Assembly (NCBI RefSeq): GCF_018350175.1
Contig: NC_058373.1
Location: 15,748,001 to 15,812,000, forward strand
DNA: 64,000 nucleotides
Source of the DNA: Felis catus
Lineage: Eukaryota
Direction: 5' to 3'
This document shows positions 12,621 to 24,330 of the stretch, in pieces. Position 1 is the stretch's first letter, and the number at the start of each line of letters is the position of its first letter. The translations under genes and the position numbers were made by a program. The notes beneath the pieces are model-generated. The model was not told where the DNA came from, searched no databases, and saw nothing but the letters and a program-made list of their open reading frames with translations.

Positions 12621-13795
12621 AGCTTAGGTACTTTTCAGAACAGTGATTGCGTTACAATGTAAACTGGAGAGCGAGGATTCTGTTTTCTCCATTGTTGGAT
12701 CCCTGGTACACAGACAATTGCCAGGTACATGGTGGGTCCCCGGTGCCTTTCCACTGAATAAACAAAATAAATGAGGTAGGGAGAAAGGTACATCTATGTC
12801 AAATTCTTGGCCTACAGTGCCAACCGGTGTATTTTGTAACATCATGGAATGAATGGATTGACTCTTCTTCAGACTGAAGAATTTACTTGAGGTCTGTGAA
12901 GCCTGCAGTGTTTTTCTTGAAGACATTGGGCCCTTCACGTGTTGCTTCTGGTTTCTTGGGGTCTCCAGTGGTGCTCCCGCCCCGAGTTCTCCTTCAAACC
13001 TCTACTACAATCATCAGATTCAAATTAAGAGGTGTTTGTTCATTTTGAGAATAGAACGGTAACGTGTTCACAGAGGACAGACACTTACTGGCAGGGATGA
13101 ATCACTAAGAGTGAAATTTCAGGCATGTTAGCTGTAAACAGAGTAACGTGTAGTCTACAATCAAAGGCTTTTGGATTTAATTCACATTGTCATGGGAAGG
13201 CCATTTAACCTTCTCCTGACTTTGTTCCTTCATCTGCAAATATTATGAATTGTGGCTGCCTTGCTTCTCTTTTCAATGGGATGCGGCCAGAATAAATAGT
13301 TGACGTAGCAATCATGTCTTCTAGCTCTCATTTTATCCCTGGAACATTAGAAAGTAGCTCTCTGTGTGAGGCAGGCCCTTGATTAGTACTTCTGTGACAC
13401 CTATTGAAGTATTTCAGGTGAGAGATCAGATAAAAATGGCCCTAATCCATTGTAAAATATTATTCCTACAATTATATACTTGGCAAAATCAGTTCATAGA
13501 ACTTAGCTGTGATGAGACATATTCAGAATCAGCCCATCTTTAAGACTTCTCCAAGATGATTGACCTACACCCGTGTAAAGTGTGTTATAGGAAACCGTAA
13601 GCATGGATCAATATAAACACAAGGTTTTGCTGGGAAGTTCTTTATTTTTTTTACTTGGTTTTAGGATTGGTGGCAGAGATATATACTGACTTCTATTCAC
13701 ATTTTTTTTCAAGATCTATCATGTGAGAGTCATGGTACAAAGCCATGTGAATGAAAAAAAATAGTAGTAAGACCTGCTGTCTCCAAGAATTCAGT

Positions 13796-13868
13796 TGTGT
13801 GTGTGTGTGTGTGCGTGTGTGTGTGCGTGTGTGTGCACGCACGCGCTTATGTGCATGTGTGTATGTAT
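13796..13868. repeat. (TG)n/(CG) alternating purine-pyrimidine repeat
   Basis: Direct reading. Confidence 0.9.
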
Positions 13869-14119
13869 TTGGAGGCAGCAAGGAGATCAAGATACAATTA
13901 TAGTATTGTACTAAACATGCTCTTATTGAAGTGGGCACAAAAAACTGTAACAGTGCAGGAAAGAAGCAATCAATTCTCCAGATGGATCCATGGTCTATGA
14001 CTATCGTTGCCTCTTCTACGACCTTAAGGTAACAATCAATGTGTTGAAAGGGAGCCGTAGAACACTGTCTACTCATGATGAGACCACCCTTTTCTTCCCC
14101 CACTTGCCTCCATCGACAG

Positions 14120-14310
14120 ATGTCCAAAGGGAACCCAGAAACTCATCGTTTATGGTGTGAGAAACGTGGTAGTGGTTCACTCTGGAGGCTGATAGAGACT
14201 GAAAGAGAATTCCAAGGAGGCTGGTGATGCTCTGATCTTTCATTTGAGTACTGGTGACATGGGTGTTTTCAGCTCATACAAACTCATTATTTCTGATGTG
14301 TATGAAAAGT
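14120..14310 (+). mobile_element. Old L1 (L1ME/MC-like) 3'UTR fragment
   Basis: gtagtggttcactctggagg...gctggtgatgctctgatctttcatttgagtactggtgacatgggtg. Confidence 0.55.
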
Positions 14311-14699
14311 TGTAGACTTCTTATGCCAGATTGTCTTGGTTTATTATAGCTAATTCAATGGGGGGAGTATAAAGGATCCCTAAAGCCTCGTGTGTCTGAA
14401 TAAGACTCCCCTAATCAGTTTTCACAGTGCCACGGACCAGAGTGAAAAGAGGCCCACCACTGGGTCTCCTGAAAGGACACTGAATCTCCTACTCCTTTCT
14501 AAAAAGATTCCCACCACGTCACACCATTCTCCTCCTTGACTAATTCAGGCTAATTATCTACTTCCATTCTCGTGGCTTCCTGCAGTTTCCTTTTCTATCC
14601 CATATCCACTGTCTTAAGGGGTAGGTATTTTCTGTCCCACACACCTTTTGTCATTTGGTCTGGGGGTGGGATATATGTCTTTCTTGCTCTGCAGGTCCC

Positions 14700-16220
14700 T
14701 CCCACCTTCCCAAACACACTACGTGTAGATCTCTTGTCCTCAAATTTATACAGCCCCTTGAACTCCTGTTTGTAGTCAGCCATAGATTCCTGGGTCCTCC
14801 ATTTGTCTCTTGGAGATTTTAGCTCCTGCCTCACTGTCCTTCAATCCAACATCATCGTCCTGGTCCTTGATGATTTCATGATCTGCATTGGCAACCCTCC
14901 AACTATCCTGACCTCTCGTGCACTTGACCTCCTCTTCTGTGGTACGTCTTATCCTCCACCTCATGTCAATCCCTCACCCCCATGGCCCAGGCGTGAATCT
15001 CGCCATTACCTGTGTCCGTAACAAACCTCTTACCTCAATTTTGAGCCACCCCTCTCAAGCGATTCTTGTCTTTCCGCTCACTCCCAGCTGCCCAACTCCA
15101 GCTGTCCTTCAGCCGCTGGAACCTACAATCCATTGGCACACTTCCTTTTCACTCTCTCCTGCTTCCACCTTCCAGACCACACACCTTCAGTTGCATGGTG
15201 CATCATTATCCTTACCCTCTTCCATTCCTCAACTGAGGGTCCCAGGTTCCCCTGCTACTGTTGATCCATGGGCCACACAATAAATAGCAAGCTCCAATGT
15301 CACTCTTTCATACCTCTTCGCTTCCCTGAAGCCTCTGTCTCCTTCTCCTCCATTCACATCTAGATAAAGCTGAAAAATTAGAAGCGACCAGGGCTGTCAA
15401 ATACCGTACCTATTTGCTCTACTCCACATGGACCTGCATACTGTGGTTTCTCTGTTTGTATCATGGATGACCTGGCTGTGATATCTGTCACAGCACCTGT
15501 CCCTGGGCACTGAGTTCCGTGCTCTCGCACCAACTAAGCCCATCAGCGCCCGGTTTGTCCTCTCTCTCCCTTTCATGCTCAACTTTTTTTCTTCTCTGCT
15601 AGTTCTCTCCCATTAACATCCGAACATGCTGTTACTTCTCTCTTTGTTGGAAAAAAAAGAAAAGTAATTATTATAATGGTAATGAAGTCTAAAAACTCTC
15701 TGGATCCAACTTTCCCCTTCAGTGATTACCACCGTTCTGCTCTCCGTTCCAGCAGGACACCTTGAAAGAGTTGTCTCTATTCACTGTCTCCAATTCATTT
15801 AATCCCATTCTTTCTTAGTTTCACCCCAATTTGGCTTCGCTCTCCCCTCAGCCTTTACTCACCAAAACTGCTCTCTTTGAGGTCACCGATGGTCTCTCTG
15901 TTGCTGACCCAATGTTAAATCCGCAGCCCTTATCCTTCCGGACTTGAGAGCAACATCCGACATAGTTCACCATTTCATTTTCTTGAAGCAGTTTCTTCAC
16001 TTGGCTTCCCAAACATCACAATCTCCTCCTTGTTTGCTTTCTTCTTTTTTATACTCAGTAGTCTCAGTCTCCTTTTGTTGACTCTTTCTCATCTCCTTGA
16101 CTTCTTAAGATTGAAATTCTTTTCGGGTTAATTGCTTACACCTCCACCTTTTCCCATCTATACTCATTTTCCATAGAGTACGTATGCTCTATAGAGACTG
16201 TAGATTATAGAGTCTCATGC
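14700..16220 (+). mobile_element. L2 fragment with endonuclease and RT remnants
   Basis: ORF 14803 (LGDFSSCLTVLQSNIIVLVLDDFMICIGNPPTILTSRALDLL) resembles L2 APE endonuclease; ~15760-16010 resembles L2 RT (LERVV..., TKTALFEVTD..., LILPDLRATSDIVHH). Confidence 0.8.
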
Positions 16221-16244
16221 TTTAACTTCAAACTTTTAATTATA

Positions 16245-16320
16245 TGGTTAACATATAATTTATTGTTTAAACAGAGACATCTGGAGTGTGAAAAATGCCT
16301 AAAAGTAATTAAAGCCATAT
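16245..16320 (+). mobile_element. hAT-Blackjack (MER94-like) fragment
   Basis: ggttaacatataatttattgtttaaacagagacat resembles the MER94 end GGTAACCATATAATTTATCGTCCAAACCGGGACA. Confidence 0.5.
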
Positions 16321-16744
16321 AATTTTCAAATATTTATTTATTATTTACCCATACGCAGAAATGTCCTATTATAGGAGCAGACGCATAAAAGTCTTCCACT
16401 CAAAAACTATTTTCAGGAATAAAATTATTTCACAAAAAACGAAAATGGCATAAGACTATGTGCATATAATTATTAACAGAACTAATTTAATGACATAAGC
16501 CAAATAATTGTTCATTTGCTTTAATGGATTTCTTACTTATAGCAGCGTCTAATACCATGCCATTAGTATTCTTATAAAGAGTAAATGATTTTATTATTTT
16601 TTAATTTTTTCATGAAATTCCCAGCAGAGGTCAACAAAGTTGCATCTTGTGGTTAAGGGGTTTAAAATCGTTCTCTCTCTTCAATTGACCTTAAAACTTC
16701 AAGTTTTGTAATGAATTACATAATTATCTTAAATCACGTGTATT

Positions 16745-16921
16745 ACGATAGAATACTCTGATAATGAGCCAGCAGAAATGTGGAAAGAATATGGGTCTCT
16801 GAAGATATTGCCGAACCACTGAATTTAACAATCTTGGAACTGCCCACTTCTGAGATTTCTTATTATTAAACCAGTCAAAGGCATGTTTCTATAGCTTGCC
16901 TAGAAAGGATCCTATTAGATA
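16745..16921 (+). mobile_element. MLT1 (MaLR) LTR 3' fragment
   Basis: ggaaagaatatgggtctctgaagatattgccgaaccactgaattt...ggaactgcccacttctg. Confidence 0.6.
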
Positions 16922-18015
16922 AAGTTTTTGTGTTCTTTTTTCTGTGAAAACCTTAGAGGCTTTCAACTACATCCCCATTTTCTGCCATGTTGATTCTGCT
17001 CTTCAGTATTTCTCAGTGTAAATCATCTTTCTTATCCAACTTCTTTCAATCAGCTCTTTCATTTTAGTAACATAATTTTTATATTATTACCTCTACTATC
17101 AAAGAGTTTGTCTATTTCTTATGTTTTATTGTAAACATAGATGGGATAAACACAAACACACAAACACATATGTATACAACTGTGCATATATATGTAATCT
17201 AGCTAATTTGCCCCCAAATTAAGCTCTTTCTCCCTCCGTCTGTTGGGTACTGTCTCCTTCCTTGGTGGTTGTTTTTACTGCCAAATATTTGTAGATGCCT
17301 AGGTAGGTTTGTTCTCTTGAATAAGTAGAGGCTCCCCCGGAATGTTCCCCAGAATGGCCCACTCCTTATACCTTAGAATGTTCAAGTATAAGGAGTGGGA
17401 AGTGGTTTTATTGGCAGGGCACATGGATTGCCTTCTTTGTCCTTCAGTTCCCACATGGGCCCTTTGGAGATCTTCTTCAGTCAGAACTTTCAACTTGCGT
17501 GTTGTGCAAATCCCTCGGCCCATGACTTGTTCCTCAGCAGCCATTTATTCATGTGAATATATCGCTCAGCAGAGGGAGCTGCCTGGTTACCCGACTCTGA
17601 AAGTTGAGATTTATTTATTGAAAGGCTAAAGCAGTCCACGGTTCTTCCTTTGCCAGCAACAGTGAATGAACAACTGCAGAGATTACCTCTCAAGTAGCTT
17701 TTCCAATCTCAATTAGCCGATTTGTTGTTGTTGTTGTTTTTACCTCAGAAAAAATGTCTTTTAAAACACAAATTTCTGCCCCTGGCCAGGTTGCCACACC
17801 AGAAGTGGTATCTGGTGTGGAAGACTAAGGGACATCCGTGTGCTCAAGCCCACATGGAAAAGCCAGCTCTGAGGATACTTCAGGCCCTGGTAGGGCTTTC
17901 CCAACATTTTGCTGAAGGGGGTCATGGGCTTTCCAATCCTGTGTGGCATAGGGTACTTATTGCTACTGAGAACCTGAAGTGTTGCCTAAGAAAAATTGTC
18001 TATAGTGGCCAGAGA

Positions 18016-18020
18016 AAACA

Positions 18021-18051
<31 letters not shown>

Positions 18052-18074
18052 CAAAAATAAATAAATAAATAAAA
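18016..18074. repeat. (CAA)n plus (AAAT)n
   Basis: Direct reading. Confidence 0.9.
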
Positions 18075-18368
18075 CCTTTGTGTTTCAATGATATAAAATG
18101 TAATGTTCTGGAAAATAAATATTTCGGTTCAAGCATCAACAGGGCACTGAGGTGATACCTGGTAAGTGAAGAACATGCCGACTGGGGACACCTTTATAGA
18201 CCCGCTGAGGCACCTGACACGGTCCTTCCTAGCAAGGGCTTTGAAACGAGTGGTGAAGGGAACCATTTGGAGTATACGCATTTCTGCAAAGGAGCCACAC
18301 AAATTGTGCTTTCCGAAAACATGCTTGAAATAAAAGACTGAAAACCACTTTCAAAGAAAATGATGCGA

Positions 18369-18580
18369 GGGCCACCTGGCTGGCGCAGGCTGTTAAGCGT
18401 CCGACTCTTAGTTTCGGCTCAGGTTATGATCTCACAGGTTGGTGAGTTCAAGCCCCACATCGGGCCCTGCCCTGACGGCACAGTGCCTGCTTGGGGTTCT
18501 CTCTGTCCCCCTCTCTCTGCCCCTCCCCCACTCATGCTGTCTCTGTCTCTCTCAAAAGTAAATAAGTAAACTTAAAAGGA
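18369..18580 (+). mobile_element. Can-SINE
   Basis: Head, tcaggttatgatctcac, (CT)n, A tail. Confidence 0.9.
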
Positions 18581-18774
18581 AAAAGGAAAGGATGGGAAAT
18601 GTGTGGGCCAATGTCTTCCCCTTCAGATAATGGGAGTGTGGGTCCTATATTCGATTCATGAAGGGCTGTAACTCTGTGTTGGGGGTATACACTGAGGGTA
18701 GATAGATGGATTATATTTTGCCTCAGACTATGCATCCGTATTGGAAATTCTTCCCGGGATTCCAAAGTTACCTC

Positions 18775-18890
18775 TGTATTATGGACTGATTTGTATCCCA
18801 GCCCCTCCTCCAAATCCTTACGTTGAAACCCTAACTCACTTTATTTGGAAATAGGGCCTTTCAGGAGTTGACTAAGGTTAAATGAAACCA
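18775..18890 (+). mobile_element. MLT1A/B LTR 5' fragment
   Basis: tgtattatggactga...gttgaaaccctaac...tatttggaaatagggcctt...aaggttaaatga. Confidence 0.7.
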
Positions 18891-19285
18891 CACACACTTA
18901 TGATTCCTATATATGTATGTATAGAATCATTCGTAACTTTGTTTTTTTTAAAATATCATTCATTTACTCAATTAAATTTTGTCAGTTAAATTATAGACTC
19001 TAATAAAGAAAATGTCTTTTTTCTGGTGCAGAGTTTGGACACGTTTTCTAGCATGCTCCATATAAATGACATACTCTAGCTGGTATTGAGGAAAATATAT
19101 CACTGGTCGGTGAAAGACGTAATCCATACAATGAATAAAACAGTTGTTACATAATGCCTCAAATAAAATTAACTGGCTCAAATGTCCATGTTCTTGGTAA
19201 TATCATTAACCATTTCAAACACAGTCATGTTTTTTACTGATTTCAGCATAAAAATGGACCTTGAATTTAAAACTACAGAGTATCA

Positions 19286-19502
19286 GGGGTGCCTGGGTGG
19301 CTCAGTCTGTTAAGTGTATGACTTCAGCTCAGGCCATCATCTCGTGGTTCATGAGTTCGAGCCCCACCTCGGGCTCACTGCTGTCAGCCTGTCAGCTCAG
19401 AGCCCATTTCATCAGACCCTGTGTCCCCCTCTCTCTCCGTCCCTCCCCCTGCTTACTCTGTCTCCAAAAAATAAGTAAAAATCATTTAAAAATTAAAAAA
19501 AA
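19286..19502 (+). mobile_element. Can-SINE
   Basis: Full head and tail; TSD tacagagtatca. Confidence 0.95.
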
Positions 19503-19561
19503 TACAGAGTATCAAGTGTCAGTTTACTCAATTTCAATTTCGATTTCAAGTTGGGAGGTCT

Positions 19562-19744
19562 AGGGATGCCTGGGTGGCTCAGTTGGTTGAGTGTCCGACT
19601 CTTGGTTTCAGCTCAGGTCATGGTCTTTCAGTTCATGAGTTTAAGCCCCACATCAGGCTCTGCCTAGAATTCTCTGTCTCCATCTCTGCCCCTCCCTTCC
19701 TCACTCTTGATCTCTCTCTCTCTCTCAAAAATAAATAAAATTTA
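19562..19744 (+). mobile_element. Can-SINE
   Basis: Head and tail; degenerate TSD aag(t/a)tg(g/a)gaggtct. Confidence 0.92.
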
Positions 19745-20249
19745 AAGATGAGAGGTCTGAATAGTCACAATAAATATTTCAAAATGGATTGGCACTTTTG
19801 AATAACAGCCACTTCAGGAGACTGTGGGGCATATCAGCAAAATTTCTATATGCAATATATTCAAAATATAAGAAATCGCGCTCATTGGAGTAAAAAGAAT
19901 TAAAATAATGAGGGCACTCAGTGCATAATATTATCAGGTTAGTGGGTTCATAGAATAGAGATGATTAACTCCTCAAATTTATTCTTCTGTGTGATACTTT
20001 TAGAAACACAGGTAAGTCTAGCACTCTATTGAAGCAAAAGTCCCGGCAATTACGACCTTTCATGTCACCTTAATTTCTAACTTTGACTTTTATACATCAG
20101 GAAATACATGACCATACAGAGTTAAGAAATGGGTAGTTTGTTGCCAAAAATGCTCAAGAGGATAGGTATTGAGGCTAGCAAGAAGTAAGTCCGGCATTAA
20201 CGATTACAGAAGGTATGGTACATTTCAGGAATATATTACGAAAGTAATA

Positions 20250-20480
20250 GGGGCGCCTGGGTGGCTCAGTCGGTTGAGCGTCGGACTTAGGCTCAGGTCA
20301 TGATCTCATGGTCTGTGAGTTCAAGCCCCGCATCAGGCTCTGTGCTGACAGCTCAGAGCCTGGAGCCTGTTTCGGATTCTTTGTCTCCCTCTCTCTCTCT
20401 CTGCCCCTCCCCTGTTCATGCTCTGTCTCTCTCTGTCTCAAAAACAAATAAAACATTAAAAAAAAATTTTTTTTTAAAAA
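20250..20480 (+). mobile_element. Can-SINE (SINEC_Fc-type)
   Basis: ggggcgcctgggtggctcagtcggttgagcg; TSD aaagtaatag. Confidence 0.95.
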
Positions 20481-21099
20481 AAAGTAATAGTAATGGACTT
20501 AAAACAATTCCTCATATGCTGGTAACAACATTCCTCACTCCACATCTCATCAGCTGTGTGATGATTTGCAAAAGTAGACCTCAGATGGAAATGTGAATTT
20601 ACCCATACTATTTTCCTACTCCAGAAATGTTAGCCAAGAACATTCTATTACATAAACGTACACAGTGACCTCATTTTGGGATTTCAGATAAAATAAATCC
20701 TAAACATTTACCCAGGTGCTTACATGTTGTGATCAATTCTACGGAGCAATAAACTTGTGTTTGTTTATCTGATTGTTTTATTTTTGCTCCCCCCTTCCCC
20801 ACCCGATATTGGATATTGCTTGAAAAGCAATCGCAAGTTTTGTAAGTACCGTTTCCTATATTCAGGACATCACAGGGGGATTTAGAAAAGGCCTAAGGAA
20901 AAATTATAAATTAGAATTCTATATAAATCATACATTTGTATTTTATTTCCAATACAGTGGCAACAGTAACAGCAGTAGCAGGAGATACAAATTTTGAGAG
21001 GATATTAACATCCATTGAGTCTCTGTATATTTCGTGAATGGAGTCAGTGATTTTTGCTCCAAGCTATCTTTTCAAAGATTTTAATATAGAAGATGGAAA

Positions 21100-21475
21100 T
21101 AGTTTCTCCCTCCAGGGCGAGGAGGGAAGATCTGTTTGCTATTTGTTTGTATAAGAAAGATAATGTCTTCTCCTGGGTCAAGATTCAGATAGGTTTTCTA
21201 GCATCCTCTTACAAATTAAATGGTTTTCTAAGTCTGAATTCCTCTGCTGTGATGCTTCGCACTGTGTATACAGCATCCTTCTGACTCTGTGCTCCCATTG
21301 CCCCCTTGGGATTTGGGGGACGACTGTAACTGACGTGAACATGAAGCTCATCCTGTGAGTAATAACGTCTTTATTCTATGACCCAGGAGTCTCGTGTCTT
21401 CTGCCAGCATTTATACAACTTGAGGCAGGTTAACTTGTTAGCATGCAAATAGCAGACCCTTTACATTCTTCACAA
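21100..21475 (+). mobile_element. ERVL-type solo LTR (LTR40/41-like)
   Basis: 3' end tgacccaggagtctcgtgtcttctgccagcat...aacttgttagc...cagaccctt...ttcttcaca. Confidence 0.6.
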
Positions 21476-21649
21476 AGAGATGACAGCAACAAAAGTGTAA
21501 TACTATGGGAGTAGCAGTGGTAAGCAGCGACAGGAATAACACCAGGTCTGTTTTGTTTACCAAGTCCTTCCAATTTGCTGTTTCAAGCTAGAGAATGAAC
21601 TGAAATTTTAAACAGTGCAGAATTATTTTAAAGGGCCAAGTCATATTCT

Positions 21650-22650
21650 AGTATAGCTTTCTTTGTAATTTTCTTTCCCTGCTTCACTTGTAATATTCTT
21701 GGCTTTTGCAATCTGTCTTATTCATTGATCAATCTAGCCTAAATTTATCCTAAGTTTAGTCTTTTCAAAGAATCAAATTTTGGTTGTTTCCAAGCAAAAG
21801 TGGAGAAAAATTTCCAAAATGTTAGAGGGAAAAAAAAAATGAATGATGGATGGGAGAAAAAGCGAAAAAAAAAAAAAAAGAAAGTTAAAAACAAAAGTAC
21901 ATAAAAATATAAGAAACACATATCAGATGGAGTAAAAAATCAGATATGTCAATAATGATCATTAATAGGCACAAGTTTAAAGGCAAATTATTGTTCGAAT
22001 TTGGTTTTTTGCTCTTATCTTTTTATTTCCTTCCTTTTCGCGTCTCTGTATTTAGTCTGCTAGTTTTTTTATGGTGTTCCTGTCTTTGTGAGGTGGGCAC
22101 ACAGTTTAATTCACATTCTTTCTTGCTTCTAATATGTGCTTCTCAGACTACAAATTCTCTAGATACCAGTTTCAGCACCAAGATACAGGCTTTAATAAGT
22201 GGGATTTTCACTGTGAATTGAATTCTATATAATTTTAAATGTTAATCATTATTCCTGGATTAACCAATTAATTGTAGTCTGAAAATATGGTCTGATAACA
22301 ACAGGATTTAAAAAATATTTATTGAGACTTGCCGTGTCTCCACTCCTGTTCATTTTATTTCTCAATTCATCTATGTTGTTGATAATTTTTGTCCACTTGG
22401 CTTTCAGTTGTGAAAGGGAGATGTTAAAAATCTTATAACATGGTTTACTTGCCCATTTTTCCTTGAGATTCTGTCAATAGTTTTGATGCTTTTTAAGGTT
22501 ATTTTGATAGATGCACACAGGCGTAAGTTATTTCCCTCATTTCAGAAGATTGACTCTTTTATCAGTATTTAAAGATGCTAAGTCATAACAGAGTTATGAC
22601 TTTTGCTTACAGTCTATTAAATATTGACATGTAACCTTTCTTTTGGTTAA
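21650..22650 (-). mobile_element. Old L1 fragments (mostly antisense, mosaic)
   Basis: tcttttcaaagaatcaaattttgg; gaaagggagatgttaaaaatct; ttctgtcaatagtttt. Confidence 0.6.
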
Positions 22651-23140
22651 TACATGGCGTTTTAGCTGTACTCTTAAAATTCACTTACAGTGCATATTTT
22701 TTTATTTAAAGAACTAAATCAGGACTTACCACATATAAATTTTAGAATTTAATAAAGTAGCAAATGATAAAACAATCACTTAAAAATCCTTTAAAGAGTC
22801 CTTTCATTAAAGGTCTTCAAATGACCCAATCTGAATTTACCATATGTTTCCTGAACATATGAAGCCCGACTGATACAGGTACCAGTGCAGGTGTCAACCC
22901 AGCTGACGTGATGATGACATAATGTCATAAAGCAATTAACTAGCCAAGGTGTTTTCAAATGCATGAGGATATGCCTTCAAAACCTGCGATTCTTCACACA
23001 CATTGTCCTGCTTCCAAATGTACAACAAATGGGAGTGCGTAATGTGGGCAGCCAAACACATTTTGGAAAGATTCCAAAGTATTTTAATAATAAAGTCTTT
23101 CGTTAATGTTTTCCTAAGCTAAAGCGATGAGGCTTTTGAG

Positions 23141-23383
23141 NNNNNNNNNNNNNNNNNNNNNNNNNNNNNNNNNNNNNNNNNNNNNNNNNNNNNNNNNNNN
23201 NNNNNNNNNNNNNNNNNNNNNNNNNNNNNNNNNNNNNNNNNNNNNNNNNNNNNNNNNNNNNNNNNNNNNNNNNNNNNNNNNNNNNNNNNNNNNNNNNNNN
23301 NNNNNNNNNNNNNNNNNNNNNNNNNNNNNNNNNNNNNNNNNNNNNNNNNNNNNNNNNNNNNNNNNNNNNNNNNNNNNNNNNNN
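23141..23383. other. Assembly gap (N)
   Basis: N run. Confidence 1.
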
Positions 23384-23462
23384 TTTTTGTTTGTTTCAGA
23401 ATTAGAGACATCTAGTACTCAGCAGGTTTGACCACATAGAAAGTTTGTTCATGTTGGAGATT

Positions 23463-23680
23463 AAAACATTTTTTAAATGTGTATTTATTTTCGAGAGACA
23501 CAGAGAGACAGAGCACAAGCTGGGCAGGGGCAGAGAAAGGGGAGACACAGAATCCGAAGCAGGCTCCAGGCTCCAGAGCTGTCAGCACAGAGCCCAACGT
23601 GGGGCTCGAACTCACAAACTGGGAGATCATGACCTGAGCTGAAGCCAGACGCTTAACCGACTGAGCCACCCAGGTGCCCC
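23463..23680 (-). mobile_element. Can-SINE
   Basis: Antisense full copy; TSD atgttgg(a)gatt. Confidence 0.95.
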
Positions 23681-23761
23681 ATGTTGGGATTTTTTTTTTA
23701 AAAAAATGGAATTTGGGAGTTTTAAGAGACACAGAATTAAAGAGAAGGCAGAACCCCCTGT

Positions 23762-23765
<4 letters not shown>

Positions 23766-23806
<41 letters not shown>

Positions 23807-23842
23807 TATATATACATATATATATAATAAAATATATATATT
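23766..23842. repeat. (TA)n/(CA) microsatellite at L1 tail
   Basis: Direct reading. Confidence 0.9.
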
Positions 23843-24080
23843 TTTTTATTCTCAAGTTAGTTAACATTCAGTGTAGTCTTGGTTTCAGGAGTAGAATCCA
23901 GTGATTCATCACTTACATATAATACCCAGTGCTCATCCCAACAAGTGTTCTCCTTAATGCCCATCACCTATTGTCCCCACTGCCCCCCAATCAACCCTCA
24001 GTTTGTTCTCTGTCTTGAAGAGTCTGTTATGTTTTGCCTCCTTCTCTGTTTTTATCTTATCTTTCCTTCCCTCCCCCATG
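23843..24080 (-). mobile_element. Carnivore-type L1 3' end, 5'-truncated
   Basis: ggtttcaggagtagaatccagtgattcatcacttacatataatacccagtgctcatc...caaccctcagtttgttctc. Confidence 0.85.
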
Positions 24081-24278
24081 GGAGAGAGCAATCATCCCAG
24101 ACTTAGCAAAGTTGGGGGAGGGGCTGGGGTCATCCACTCCTCCTTAGTGCATCCCGAGCGACACCGCATAGAGCCTGAGACCTAAAGAGTCACGATGTAA
24201 TGGACGCAAAACCGTTGGGAATAACCGGAAGCTACAGAAAACACGGGACCAGTGCTCCCTACACACGTGCAGGTACGT

Positions 24279-24322
<44 letters not shown>

Positions 24323-24330
24323 GCGCACAG
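24279..24330. repeat. (CA)n plus (CG)n microsatellite
   Basis: Direct reading. Confidence 0.95.

Noticed and set aside
19261-20596. Recurrent peptides such as GAWVAQSVK...SAQVMIS
   Set aside because: Translations of Can-SINE consensus, not a gene family
23103-23867. ORFs spanning gap, SINE and (TA)n
   Set aside because: Gap- and repeat-derived
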